Positions 29,205 through 39,231 of a DNA stretch of 64,000 bases are shown here, in pieces (the first letter of the stretch is position 1; every line of letters starts with the position of its first letter). The notes beneath the pieces are model-generated. The model worked only from the letters and a program-made list of their open reading frames with translations, ran no database searches and had not been told where the DNA came from. Origin of the DNA: an uncultured Thermoleophilia bacterium (GTDB lineage: Bacteria; Actinomycetota; Thermoleophilia; UBA2241); NCBI GenBank assembly GCA_963702475.1, contig CAVPCT010000005.1:704001-768000 (forward strand), given 5' to 3'. The translations under genes were made by a program, and so were the position numbers.

Positions 29205-30089
29205 TCAGCGGCCCAGCGCCGCCGCCAGCGCCGCGATCGATTCCGGCGGCGTCCCGCAGCAGCCGCCGACGATCACGGCGCCGAGGACGGGGAAGCGCGA
29301 GACGACGGCGGCGAAGTGCTCCGGCGTCTCACCGTACACCGTCCTGCCCGCCTCCAGGCGCGGCTGGCCGGCATTGGGCTGCGCGATGGTGCGCCCCCCG
29401 TTGAGCTCGGCGAGCAGCGGCACGAGCTCCTCCATGGGCTCGGCCGAGATCTCGCAGTTGCAGCCCACGAGCGCCGCGCCGGCGTCGCGCAGAGCGGCTA
29501 CCGCGGTGGCCGGGTCCACGCCCATCATGGTGCGGAAACCCCTGGGCGACGGCTTGAATGCCAGGCTGGCCAGCACCGGCCGCCCATCGGCCGCGGAGAC
29601 GGCGGCCTCAACGGCCATGCGCGCCTCGGTGAGGTCGAACATGGTCTCGATGTTCAGCAGGTCGGCACCGCCGCGCAGCAGGGCCTGCGCCTGCTCGAAG
29701 TAGGACACGCGCACGGCCTCGGGATCGGTGTCGCCCATGGGCCTGAGCATCTTGCCGCTGGGGCCCATGTCGCCGGCGACCCAGCGGCCGGGGAACTCGC
29801 GGTCGCGCACGCCGGCCGCCAGACGCGCGCCGGCCTCGTTGAGCTCGACGGCGCGGTCCTGCAGACCGTGCGCCTCGAGCCGCAGCGACGATCCGCCGAA
29901 GGTGTTGGTGTTCACCACGTCCGAACCGGCAGCGTAGAAGCTGCGGTGGATGTCCTCCACCTCCGCCGGGTGCGACACGTTCCACTCCTCGGGGCACTCC
30001 CCCGCGGCGAAGCCGCGCTGCATCAGGGCGAGGCCGAGGCCACCGTCCAGAAGGAGCGTGCGTGTGGCTGTGAGAGCGTCGAGATCCAC
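29205..30089 (-). CDS. Stand-alone homocysteine S-methyltransferase domain (MetH N-terminal-like)
   Basis: LLDGGLG, TNTFG, GDMGPSG, IETMFD, GCNC, PNAG and GGCCGT (Zn ligands). Start at GTG 30089. Confidence 0.88.
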   Translation of the reverse strand: MDLDALTATRTLLLDGGLGLALMQRGFAAGECPEEWNVSHPAEVEDIHRSFYAAGSDVVNTNTFGGSSLRLEAHGLQDRAVELNEAGARLAAGVRDREFPGRWVAGDMGPSGKMLRPMGDTDPEAVRVSYFEQAQALLRGGADLLNIETMFDLTEARMAVEAAVSAADGRPVLASLAFKPSPRGFRTMMGVDPATAVAALRDAGAALVGCNCEISAEPMEELVPLLAELNGGRTIAQPNAGQPRLEAGRTVYGETPEHFAAVVSRFPVLGAVIVGGCCGTPPESIAALAAALGR

Positions 30090-30108
30090 GCTGCGAGTGT
30101 AGCAGGCC

Positions 30109-30963
30109 TCAGCCCGCGGCCGCGATCTCGCGCACGAGCCTGTCGGCCTCGCGACGGGGCACGCCGAGACAGAGGTGCAGGGCCGCTGCGGCGTCGCGCC
30201 GCGACAGGCCGCGGCCGAGCAGCGCCTCGGCCGCCGCGCGCGCCTGCGGCCGCGCGGCCGCCGCCTCGTCGATGGCCGGCCCCAGGTCGAGGACGAGCGC
30301 GATCTCCCCACGGACCGTCCCCAGCCGACCCATCTCAGGACCGGGGACGGAGTAGTGCTCGCTCAGCTCCTGAAGGGTGCCGCGCACGACCTCCTCGTGG
30401 ACCTTGGTGAGCTCGCGACACACGGCGGCGCGCGCCTGCGGCAGCGCCGACGCCAGCGCCTGGAGACTGTGGCTCAGACGCACGGCCGTGTCGAAGGCCA
30501 CCACCAGGCCGCCGCAGCGCCGCCACTCCTGCAGCGCCGCCTTCACGTCGCGCGGGCGGCGCGGCAGGTAGCCCACAAAGCGGAATCCCTCACCATCGAA
30601 CGCCGCCGCGACGAGCGCCGTGAGCACCGCGGACGGCCCGGGCAGCACCGTGAACGGCAGATCCTCGGCGGCCACGCGGGCGATCAGCCGCAGGCCGGGG
30701 TCCTGCACGCCAGGCATCCCGGCGTCGGTGACGAGGGCGACGTCGCGGCCGTCGCGCAACGCCTGGAGCACGTCCTCTGTCTTGCGCGCCTCGTTGTGCT
30801 CGAACAGGCTCGTCAACGGCACGTGGATGTCGAAGTGGCTGAGCAGCTTGCGGGTGCGCCGCGTGTCCTCGGCCGCGACCAGGTCGACCGCGCGCAGCGC
30901 ATCGAGGACGCGGGGCGTGATGTCGCCGAGGTTGCCGATCGGCGTCGCGCACACGTACAGCAT
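30109..30963 (-). CDS. rsmI: 16S rRNA C1402 2'-O-methyltransferase
   Basis: LYVCATPIGNLGDIT, AEDTR, DAGMPGVQDPG and RELTKVHEE motifs. Confidence 0.94.
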   Translation of the reverse strand: MLYVCATPIGNLGDITPRVLDALRAVDLVAAEDTRRTRKLLSHFDIHVPLTSLFEHNEARKTEDVLQALRDGRDVALVTDAGMPGVQDPGLRLIARVAAEDLPFTVLPGPSAVLTALVAAAFDGEGFRFVGYLPRRPRDVKAALQEWRRCGGLVVAFDTAVRLSHSLQALASALPQARAAVCRELTKVHEEVVRGTLQELSEHYSVPGPEMGRLGTVRGEIALVLDLGPAIDEAAAARPQARAAAEALLGRGLSRRDAAAALHLCLGVPRREADRLVREIAAAG

Positions 30964-31062
30964 CCGGAACACCTCCCTACCGCGTTCACCCCATTCTGTC
31001 AGCGCCGGCGCGTCGGCACGACCCGTTTGCGGAATGCTCTGGGTGACGGAAGAGGGGGGACC

Positions 31063-31263
31063 ATGGTGCTCGAACTGATGACCTGTCGGGAGTGCGGCGC
31101 CGAGCTCGGGGCCGACCTCTTCTCGGAGGACCCCAGCGAGTCGATCGTCTGCCCGCTGTGCGGGACGATCGTGCTCGACGCCACCCCCGTCGAGGACAGG
31201 GCGCTCCACATCCACGCCCTCACCGGGCAGGCTCCGCCTGACCAGCGGCGGTCGACCGCCTGA
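31063..31263 (+). CDS. Small (66 aa) putative zinc-ribbon protein
   Basis: AGAGGGGGGA RBS, then MVLELMTCRECG...VCPLCG (two CxxC); divergent from rsmI. Confidence 0.6.
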   Translation: MVLELMTCRECGAELGADLFSEDPSESIVCPLCGTIVLDATPVEDRALHIHALTGQAPPDQRRSTA

Positions 31264-31337
31264 GACCGCGGGCGTGGAACGAAGGCCGGGGCGCCCGCGG
31301 CGCCCCGGCCATTGGCGTGCGGCTGTATGCTGAGGTC

Positions 31338-31778
31338 ATGCACGCGCCGACCTATCGTGTGCGCACGGCCACACCCACCGACGCCGACGCGCTCGCCGAC
31401 CTCAGCACCCAGTTGGGGTACCCGTCCGACGAGGCCCAGGTGCGCGACCGGCTGCGCCTTCTGGACGGCCTCGAGCGCACGCTGCTCGTGGCGGAGGTGG
31501 AGGGTGAGGTCGCCGGCTTCATCGACGTCCACGTACAGCGCACGGTGGAGGAGGATGCCTACGGCGAGGTGGGCGGCCTCGCCGTGGCCCAGGGACACCG
31601 CGCCTCGGGTCTCGGCAGATCCCTGATCGAGGCCGCGGCGGCGTGGTCGCGCGAGCGCGGCCTGGCGCGCCTGTGGATCCGCGCCAACCTCGCGCGTGGG
31701 ACTGCCGCGCACGGCTTCTACGAGCACGTCGGCTGCCGCGCCGTGAAGGACCAGCGCGTGTACGAGCTCCCGCTGTGA
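31338..31778 (+). CDS. GNAT family N-acetyltransferase
   Basis: Acetyl-CoA motif LAVAQGHRASGLGRSL and AHGFYEHVG. Start may be further upstream (31317-31326). Confidence 0.85.
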   Translation: MHAPTYRVRTATPTDADALADLSTQLGYPSDEAQVRDRLRLLDGLERTLLVAEVEGEVAGFIDVHVQRTVEEDAYGEVGGLAVAQGHRASGLGRSLIEAAAAWSRERGLARLWIRANLARGTAAHGFYEHVGCRAVKDQRVYELPL

Positions 31779-32623
31779 AGCGGATCGTGCTCGGCGACAA
31801 CCTCGACGTGCTGCGCGCGCTGCCGGACGGCCTCGCGCGCCTCATCTACATCGACCCGCCGTTCAACACGGGCCGCGCGCAGCGCCGCACACGCTCGCGC
31901 ACTGTGCGGGACGACGGCGGCGACCGGCGGGGCTTCGGCGGGCGGCGCTATCGCACTGAGGTGCTCGGCAGCCTCGCCTGGAGCGACGACTTCGACGACT
32001 ACCTCGGCTTCCTCGCGCCGCGGCTCGCGGAGGCACGGCGCGTGCTGGCCGCCGACGGCTCGCTGTTCTTCCACATCGACAGCCGCGAGGCCCACTACTG
32101 CAAGATCCTGCTCGACGGGATCTTCGGGCGCGCTGCGTTCCTCAACGAGATCGTCTGGGCCTACGACTACGGAGGCCGGCCCCGCTCCCGCTGGCCGGCC
32201 AAGCACGACACCATCTTCTGGTACGTGGCCGACCCGCTCCGCTACGTGTTCCGCTACGACGACATCGACCGCATCCCCTACCTGGCGCCGGGGCTGGTCG
32301 GCCCCGAGAAGGCCGCGCGCGGCAAGACGCCCACCGATGTGTGGTGGCTCACCATCGTGAGCCCGACCGGCAAGGAGAAGACCGGGTACCCCACTCAGAA
32401 GCCGATCAAGCTGCTGGAGCGCATCGTGAGCGTGCACTCCGACCCCGGCGACCTCGTTCTGGACTTCTTCGCCGGCAGCGGGACGACGGGGGAGGCCGCC
32501 GCCCGGCTGGGGCGCGCGTACCTGCTGGTGGACGACAACCCGGAGGCGGTGCAGGTGATGGCGACTCGACTCGCCTGGGATGGGCCGGAGGTGGTCGTCC
32601 TGCCGGCGCCGGAAGAGCCCTGA
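31775..32623 (+). CDS. Site-specific DNA methyltransferase (N4-C/N6-A, beta class), apparently orphan
   Basis: IYIDPPFN, YPTQKP and DFFAGSGTT motifs. GTG start overlaps the GNAT stop (GTGA). Confidence 0.9.
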   Translation: MKRIVLGDNLDVLRALPDGLARLIYIDPPFNTGRAQRRTRSRTVRDDGGDRRGFGGRRYRTEVLGSLAWSDDFDDYLGFLAPRLAEARRVLAADGSLFFHIDSREAHYCKILLDGIFGRAAFLNEIVWAYDYGGRPRSRWPAKHDTIFWYVADPLRYVFRYDDIDRIPYLAPGLVGPEKAARGKTPTDVWWLTIVSPTGKEKTGYPTQKPIKLLERIVSVHSDPGDLVLDFFAGSGTTGEAAARLGRAYLLVDDNPEAVQVMATRLAWDGPEVVVLPAPEEP

Positions 32624-32630
32624 ACGACGG

Positions 32631-32658
32631 AGGGGCCGGCTCTCGCGAGTCGGCCCCT
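32631..32658. terminator. GC-rich hairpin between convergent methyltransferase and ferredoxin genes
   Basis: AGGGGCCGGCTC-TCGC-GAGTCGGCCCCT; no U-tract. Confidence 0.6.
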
Positions 32659-32685
32659 CACAAGCTCAGGCGTTGTGCGTGTACC

Positions 32686-32940
<255 letters not shown>

Positions 32941-33957
32941 TCAAGAAAGCTCGCGGTCGTCGGGGTAGAGCTCCACGAGCGCCACGGCCGCCGCCCCGAT
33001 GAAGCCGGCGTCGGGGCCGAGAGCGGCCGGGACGACGCGCACCTGATCACGTTGCGGTCGCAGGCCGCGGGCGGCCAGCACACGCCGGGCAGGCCCGAAC
33101 AGCAGCTCGCCGGCGGCGGCCGCGCCCCCGCCTATCACGATGAGTTCGGGATTGAAGACGTTGACGAGCGTCACGAGCCCGGCGCCGAGCAGCTCGCCGA
33201 TACCGGCGAGCACCTCCGCGGCGCCGGGGTCGCCGGCGAGCGCCAGCCGCGTGAGCAGTGGACCGTCGACCCTCTCGCCGGCGGCGAGCGCCCGGCCCAG
33301 ACCGGACCCGGGGTGCTCGATGGCGTAGGCGAGAGCGGCCTTGCCCATGGCCGGCCCCGCCACGAAGGCCTCGAGACAGCCGTGGTTGGGGCAGTTCGCG
33401 GGACACGGCGGGCCGTCGACGTCGACGATGATGTGACCCAACTCGGCGGCGGCGCCACTCGAGCCCCGGTAGAGACGGCCGCCGCAGACGATCCCCCCGC
33501 CGACGCCCGTGCCCAGCGTGAGCATGAGCATGTCGCGGCTACCCACGCCGGCCCCGAAGACGGCCTCGCCCAGGGCGGCCGCGTTGGCGTCGTTGTCCAC
33601 GACCACCGGGATCCCCAGGCGGGCCTCCAGAAGGTCGCGCAGCGGGACGTCGGCGAGCGGGAGGTTCACAGATTCGACGACGCGGCCGGCAGCGAAGTCG
33701 ACCATGGATGCCACTCCCACGCCCACGGCATCCACGGCCTCCCCGGCCACGAGGTGGTCCACGCACTCGGCGACCGAAGCGAGACAGGCCTCGCGGGAGG
33801 ACAACTCGGTGGCCGTCGTGAACCGCGCCTCCAGGCGTGGCGTCTCTTCGGGAGTGAGCGAACGCGACCCCGCCGCGGGCAGACGCGCACGGAGGAGCGC
33901 GGCGGCGATCTTGGTGCCGCCGATGTCGACACCCACGATGGTGCGTCTGGGACCCAC
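32941..33957 (-). CDS. ROK family sugar kinase (glucokinase-like)
   Basis: GVDIGGTK, DNDANAAALGE, TLGTGVGGG, ELGH and C..NCPNHGCLE motifs. Start approximate. Confidence 0.88.
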   Translation of the reverse strand: MGPRRTIVGVDIGGTKIAAALLRARLPAAGSRSLTPEETPRLEARFTTATELSSREACLASVAECVDHLVAGEAVDAVGVGVASMVDFAAGRVVESVNLPLADVPLRDLLEARLGIPVVVDNDANAAALGEAVFGAGVGSRDMLMLTLGTGVGGGIVCGGRLYRGSSGAAAELGHIIVDVDGPPCPANCPNHGCLEAFVAGPAMGKAALAYAIEHPGSGLGRALAAGERVDGPLLTRLALAGDPGAAEVLAGIGELLGAGLVTLVNVFNPELIVIGGGAAAAGELLFGPARRVLAARGLRPQRDQVRVVPAALGPDAGFIGAAAVALVELYPDDRELS

Positions 33958-34101
33958 GACGTTCCCGAGCTTACCATTGGTGTACACTCGCGGCTGCAGG
34001 AAACGCCCGCCTGGAGGCGTAGTCAGGCGCAAGGCCGAACGCCCCGCTCCCCGTGACCATCCCGACGCTGGGCCGTGCCTGCGCAGGAGCGCGAGCAGCT
34101 G

Positions 34102-35277
34102 ATGCGAGACGACGACAACTCGGGCCCCAAGCCCTACAGGACATACAAGGCCGGCCGCGCCAGGCGCACCTCCCTCGACGACGAGCTGGCCGGCGTGAGG
34201 CCCTCCAGCCGGCCGCATCCTGTCTCATCCAGCGATCCCCGTGACTCCCGCGACGACGGGCGGCGCGGCGTGGACGGAGCCGATGTCGCCGCCTCGGGCG
34301 GGTACAACCGCTACGCGGCGACCGCGCCCGGCGATGCGGCGCCCAAGGGACCCCGTGGACGTCGGCGGTTCCGCTGGTGGTTCATCCCCGTCGGCCTGCT
34401 GATCGCGATCGTCGTGGCCGGGGTCGTCGTCACCGTGATCGCCTGGCCGGGGTACCAGAAGTTCGACCGGGCCGTCGACAAGGCCAACACGCGCGTCGAC
34501 AGCAGGACCCGCGCCCAGCTGAGCCCGGACACGGGCTGGATCTGGCGCAAGGGCACCACCATCCTGCTCTTCGGGGTGGACAGCAAGGCCGGTGAGCCGG
34601 CGCGCTCAGACACCATCCTGCTGATGCGCTTCAACCCGGGCACGAAGACGATCAACCAGCTGTCGATCCCGCGCGACACCCGTGTGCAGCTCCCCAACGG
34701 TACCGTCGACAAGATCAACGCGGCCATGTTCTGGGGCGGCCCGGCCATGGCGGTCCAGACCGTGGAGGAGTTCACCGGCATCCCCGTGAACCACGTCATG
34801 ATCGTGGACTTCAAGGGCTTCCCGCGCCTCGTCAACGCCACGGGCGGCGTCGACATGTACGTCCCCAAGACCGTCAGCACGGTGGCGGGGTCCGCCGGGC
34901 GCACCGTGACCTTCAAGAAGGGCACGCACCACTTCGACGGCAAGAACGCCATGCTCTACGTGCGCATCCGCTACGCCGACGACGACTTCCACCGCGCGGC
35001 GCGCCAGCAGGCCTTCGTGCAGGCGCTCCAGAAGAAGATCGCGCAGCCCGGCAACATCACGAAGCTGCCGGAGATCGGCAAGAGGTTCATGAGCGGCGTA
35101 GCCACCGATCTCACCACCAACGAGCTCCTGCAGCTCGCCTTCCTCAAGTGGCGGGCCAAGGGCGGCAAGAAGCTGGTGATGGAGGGCACGCCGGGCTACG
35201 AGGGCGGCGTCGCGTACGTGTTCCCGCCCGACGCGGCCGAGAAGGAGAAGCTCATCAGCAGGTTCCTCGGGCGCTGA
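34102..35277 (+). CDS. LytR-CpsA-Psr (LCP) family cell-wall glycopolymer transferase
   Basis: Transmembrane helix, then RSDTILL, SIPRDT, KINAA, VRIR and RAARQQ motifs. Confidence 0.9.
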   Translation: MRDDDNSGPKPYRTYKAGRARRTSLDDELAGVRPSSRPHPVSSSDPRDSRDDGRRGVDGADVAASGGYNRYAATAPGDAAPKGPRGRRRFRWWFIPVGLLIAIVVAGVVVTVIAWPGYQKFDRAVDKANTRVDSRTRAQLSPDTGWIWRKGTTILLFGVDSKAGEPARSDTILLMRFNPGTKTINQLSIPRDTRVQLPNGTVDKINAAMFWGGPAMAVQTVEEFTGIPVNHVMIVDFKGFPRLVNATGGVDMYVPKTVSTVAGSAGRTVTFKKGTHHFDGKNAMLYVRIRYADDDFHRAARQQAFVQALQKKIAQPGNITKLPEIGKRFMSGVATDLTTNELLQLAFLKWRAKGGKKLVMEGTPGYEGGVAYVFPPDAAEKEKLISRFLGR

Positions 35278-35337
35278 CACGGCCCCTTCTCAGCCCGGGG
35301 TGCCCCTGCCGCGCACCACTCGCTGAGGCCTCTGGCG

Positions 35338-36147
35338 TCAGTACTCCACAGCGACGAGCGCCAGACCGCGCGCCGGCGCCGTCTGCCCGGCCCGGCGGCG
35401 CTCCCTGCTCTCCAGTGCGGCCGCGAGGCCGCCGACGGTCATGCGTCCCTGAGCGACGTCGACCATGGACCCCACGGCGACCCGCACCATGGTGTGCAAG
35501 AAGCTGCCGGCGCGGATGGTGAACACCCGCTCCGCGCCGGCCGGCACGCCGGGCGCGGCCGGGGCCGGCGCCCACCCCGCCTCAAGGACCTCCCTCACGC
35601 AGCTGTGGTATGCGTGCGCCGACGGCGTGAGCGCCGCGAAGTCGCGCCGGCCGGGCAGCAACGCCGCCGCCTCCGCCAGCAGCTCCACGTCCACCGGCCC
35701 GCGCACCTGCCAGACGAAGGCCCGGTCGCGGACCGGACGGGCGCGCGAGAGCCATAGACGGTACTCGTAGGTGCGCGAGACGGCTTCGCGCGCGACGAAG
35801 CCGGCAGGCGCCTGCGCCACGCGCAGCACGGAGACGTCGTCCGGGAGCAGTCCGTTGAGGGAACGCAGCAGGCCCTCCGGGCGCAGGTCGCGGGCCACAC
35901 AGCGGTACGAGGCGACCTGCGCCCAGGCGTGCACTCCGGCGTCGGTGCGCCCGGCGACGCTGAGGCGCACCGTCTCGCGCAGCACCTTCCCCAGAGCCTC
36001 CTCCAGCAAGCCCTGCACGGTGCGCTCGCCGGGCTGGCGCGCCCAGCCGCGATAGGCCGTGCCCTCGTACGAGAGGTCGAGCCGCCAGGTCGTGCCCGGC
36101 TCCTCGGCCTCGGGTGACTCCGTCTCGATCAACGGATCGTTCGACAC
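35338..36147 (-). CDS. truA: tRNA pseudouridine(38-40) synthase
   Basis: YEGTAYRGW, AGRTDAGVHA, SFLHTMVR and TAPARGL motifs. Confidence 0.93.
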   Translation of the reverse strand: MSNDPLIETESPEAEEPGTTWRLDLSYEGTAYRGWARQPGERTVQGLLEEALGKVLRETVRLSVAGRTDAGVHAWAQVASYRCVARDLRPEGLLRSLNGLLPDDVSVLRVAQAPAGFVAREAVSRTYEYRLWLSRARPVRDRAFVWQVRGPVDVELLAEAAALLPGRRDFAALTPSAHAYHSCVREVLEAGWAPAPAAPGVPAGAERVFTIRAGSFLHTMVRVAVGSMVDVAQGRMTVGGLAAALESRERRRAGQTAPARGLALVAVEY

Positions 36148-36211
36148 CAGCACCTCTCCCGATCCCGCCTTGCGCGAGCACCGTGCAAGGCGGGGGTCCG
36201 CTGCGGGCATC

Positions 36212-36997
36212 CTACAGGAGCAGTCCGACGGCGATGATGGTCGCCGTGAGCAGGAGCAGCACGGCGTCGGCCGGACGGGCGTGCAGCGGGTAGAGGCGAG
36301 TGCGCACCACGCCGGGGCGGTAGCAGCGGGCCTCCATGGCGACGGCGAGGTCGTCGGCACGGCGGAAGCTCAGCACGAACAGCGGCACCAAGACGGGGAC
36401 AAGCGCCTTGGCCCTCGTCAGCGGTCCCCCGCTGCTGAAGTCGGCGCCGCGGGCGCGTTGCGCGCGCATGATCGTCTCGAGCTCCATCAACAACGTGGGG
36501 ATGAAACGCAGGGCGATCGTCACCATGAGCGCCAGCTCATCGGTGGGCACGCGGAGGCGACGCAGCGGCCGGCCCAGCCAGGCGAGGCCGTCGGTGAGTG
36601 CGATCGGCGGCGTGGTGAGGGTGAGCACCGAGCCGACGAGCACGAGCACCACGAGGCGCAGGGTGAGGTACGCGGCCGTCTGCACGCCCCCCCAGGACAG
36701 GTGCAGGGGCCCGAAGCTCCAGAACGCCTCGTCGGCGGGCGCGAACAGCACCTGCACCACGAAGGTGAGCCCCACCAGCCACAACAGCGGACGGAAGGCT
36801 CGCCAGAACCACACCGCCGGCACGCCGCTGAGCAGGTAGGCGACGAGCGAGGCGGCGGCGTAGAAGCCGAGGGCCAGAAAGGAGTCACGCACGAAGAGCG
36901 CCACAGCCACGGCCGAGACCGCCACGAACTTGGTCCTGGGGTCGAGGCGGTGGATGACCGACGCACCCGGGTAGTACTGCGCGATGGCCGCCTTCAC
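36212..36997 (-). CDS. ecfT: ECF transporter transmembrane component
   Basis: HRLDPRTK, ALRFIP, AQRARG and AMEARCY motifs. Confidence 0.92.
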   Translation of the reverse strand: MKAAIAQYYPGASVIHRLDPRTKFVAVSAVAVALFVRDSFLALGFYAAASLVAYLLSGVPAVWFWRAFRPLLWLVGLTFVVQVLFAPADEAFWSFGPLHLSWGGVQTAAYLTLRLVVLVLVGSVLTLTTPPIALTDGLAWLGRPLRRLRVPTDELALMVTIALRFIPTLLMELETIMRAQRARGADFSSGGPLTRAKALVPVLVPLFVLSFRRADDLAVAMEARCYRPGVVRTRLYPLHARPADAVLLLLTATIIAVGLLL

Positions 36998-37851
36998 ACG
37001 AGGACCTCAGCAGCAGCCGCCACCGTCCGCGGCGCCAGAGACGGGTCGCGGCCGAGGCGCCGCCAGAGCTGCACGAGGAACGGTTCGCGCAGGCGCCCGG
37101 CCACGTCGAGTCCGCCGGAGGACCCGAAGTCCCAGGCGCCGGCGGTCACGACCTTCCCGTGCCCCAGCACGAGATGCTCCTCGCACAGGGCCCATGCCAG
37201 GTCGACGTCGTGCGTGGCGAGGACGACGGTCACACCGCCGGACCGTAGCCGCTCGAGGACCGCGACGAGGTCGCGCCGTGTGCGCGGGTCCAGGCTCACG
37301 AACGGTTCGTCGAGCAGCAGCAGACGCGGCTTCATGGCAAGGACGCCGGCGAGTGCCAGCCGCCGCCGCTCGCCGCCCGACAGCGCGTACGGGTGCCGAT
37401 CGGCGAACTGCGCCGGGGCGAGACCGACCAGGTCGAGCGCCTCGTCGACGGCCGCGTTCACGACTTCCCCGCTCCACCCCAGACGGCGCGGGCCGAAGGC
37501 CACGTCTTCACGGGCCGAGGCAGCGAACAGCTGCAGCTCGGCCGTCTGGAACACCAGGCCGGTCTGGCGCCGGGCGAGCGCGTAAGCGCGGTCGCCCGGC
37601 CTGAGCCCGTCGAGCACCACCGCTCCGCTCTCCGCCTCGTCCAGGCCCTTCACCACCTGCAGCAGTGTCGACTTACCGGCGCCCGAGGCGCCGAGCAGGG
37701 CCAGCGAGCCGCCCGGCGCCAGACTGAAGCTGACGTCGCGCAAGGCAGGCAGCCTCTCCCTCGCCTCTTCGTAGCTGAAGGCCAAGGCCTCGCACGCCAG
37801 GCTCATGCCCGGAGAGGCCGCGATGCCGCCGGCGGGCGTCGCGGCGCTCAT
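36994..37851 (-). CDS. ecfA2: ECF transporter ATPase A2
   Basis: GASGAGKST, LSGGERRR and LLDEP motifs. Confidence 0.85.
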   Translation of the reverse strand: MSAATPAGGIAASPGMSLACEALAFSYEEARERLPALRDVSFSLAPGGSLALLGASGAGKSTLLQVVKGLDEAESGAVVLDGLRPGDRAYALARRQTGLVFQTAELQLFAASAREDVAFGPRRLGWSGEVVNAAVDEALDLVGLAPAQFADRHPYALSGGERRRLALAGVLAMKPRLLLLDEPFVSLDPRTRRDLVAVLERLRSGGVTVVLATHDVDLAWALCEEHLVLGHGKVVTAGAWDFGSSGGLDVAGRLREPFLVQLWRRLGRDPSLAPRTVAAAAEVLV

Positions 37852-38699
37852 CAGGGCACTTCCAGCGCGCGCGCCAGCTCGTCCAGCGTGAGTGGCGGCC
37901 CGGCGAGCTCACGACCGCGCTCCGCGAGCGCCAGCGCGAGCTCTCCCGCCGGAGGCAGCCCGAGCCCGAGGCGGCGCAGCAGCGCATGGTCGCCGTACAG
38001 ACCGCGTACGGGGCCATCATAGGTGACGGCGCCCCGCTCCAGCGCCACCACCCGGTCCGCGCCGACGGCTTCGTCCATCTCCTGTGTCACGAACACGATG
38101 GAAAGCCCCTCGCTCCGGAGCCCTTCGACGGCGCCCAGCACTTCCTGCCGTCCGGCGGGGTCGAGCATGGCCGTGGGCTCGTCGAGCACGAGGACACGGC
38201 GCGGAACGGCGAGGACGCCGGCGAGCGCCGTGCGCTGCTTCTGCCCCCCCGAGAGCAGATGCGGCTCGCGCCGGCGCAGGTCCTCCAGCCAGAACCTGGC
38301 CAGCATCTCGTCCACCCGTTCGCGGATCTCGTGCGGCGGCCAGGCGAGATTCTCGAGGCCGAAGGCGATGTCCTCCTCCACGCACTGCGCCACGAGCTGG
38401 TTCTCCGGGTCCTGGAAGAGCACCCCGACGTCCTGCCGCGCCGCCACCCTGCCCTCCTCAGTGAGGAGATCGTGACCGCAGGCGACGGCCGCGACGCCCC
38501 CGGTGGGCCGCTCCAGCCCGCCGAGGATACGCGCGAGCGTGGACTTGCCGGAGCCGTTGGCGCCGACCAGGGCGACGAACTCCCCGGCCGCCACGCACAG
38601 ATCCACGCCCGTGAGCGCGTCGCTCTCTGCGCCCGGGTAGCGATACTGCAGACCGGATACGGAGAGGACGGCGGAGGTCTGGGCGAAGGCATGGCTCAT
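37851..38699 (-). CDS. ecfA1: ECF transporter ATPase A1
   Basis: GANGSGKST, FQDPENQ, LSGGQKQR and DEPTAMLDP motifs. Confidence 0.88.
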   Translation of the reverse strand: MSHAFAQTSAVLSVSGLQYRYPGAESDALTGVDLCVAAGEFVALVGANGSGKSTLARILGGLERPTGGVAAVACGHDLLTEEGRVAARQDVGVLFQDPENQLVAQCVEEDIAFGLENLAWPPHEIRERVDEMLARFWLEDLRRREPHLLSGGQKQRTALAGVLAVPRRVLVLDEPTAMLDPAGRQEVLGAVEGLRSEGLSIVFVTQEMDEAVGADRVVALERGAVTYDGPVRGLYGDHALLRRLGLGLPPAGELALALAERGRELAGPPLTLDELARALEVP

Positions 38700-38820
38700 G
38701 ACTGCCGAAGCTTAGCGCATCGCCGCCAAGGGCCCGGCGGGCCCTGCGCGCAGGCCGCTCGGACGCCGGGTCGTCACGCCGGCCGAGGCGTGGCGGCGAG
38801 TGCCCGCACCACACAACGAC

Positions 38821-38859
38821 GCGAGGGGCGGGAGGCCCTTGCGGCCGCCCGCCCCTCGC
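38821..38859 (-). terminator. Hairpin downstream of rplQ
   Basis: GCGAGGGGCGGG...CCCGCCCCTCGC inverted repeat. Confidence 0.55.
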
Positions 38860-38879
38860 CCGAGCAGTCTGCTGTATGC

Positions 38880-39230
38880 CTAGACGAGCTCGATGTACGC
38901 CTGCTCGCTGCCGTCGCCGGGGCGCGGCCCGAGCTTGATGATGCGCGTGTAGCCTCCGTTGCGGTCCTTGTAGCGCGGCGCAACGTCGTTGAACAACTTG
39001 TAGACGATCTTCTTGTTGCGCAGCATGGCGATGGCCTGGCGCCGTGCGTGCAGGTCGCCGCGCTTGCCGAGCGTGATGGCCTCTTCGACCATGGGGCGCA
39101 CCTCTTTGGCGCGCATGACACCGGTCTTGACCTTCTCGTGCTCGAGCACCTGGCAGGCGAGACCCGAGATCAGCGACCGGCGCTGGTCGGGGGCCATGTT
39201 GAACTTGCGGCCTGACTTCTGATGGCGCAT
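38880..39230 (-). CDS. rplQ: 50S ribosomal protein bL17
   Basis: MRHQKSGRK...GGYTRIIKLGPRPGD. Confidence 0.97.
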   Translation of the reverse strand: MRHQKSGRKFNMAPDQRRSLISGLACQVLEHEKVKTGVMRAKEVRPMVEEAITLGKRGDLHARRQAIAMLRNKKIVYKLFNDVAPRYKDRNGGYTRIIKLGPRPGDGSEQAYIELV

Positions 39231-39231
39231 G

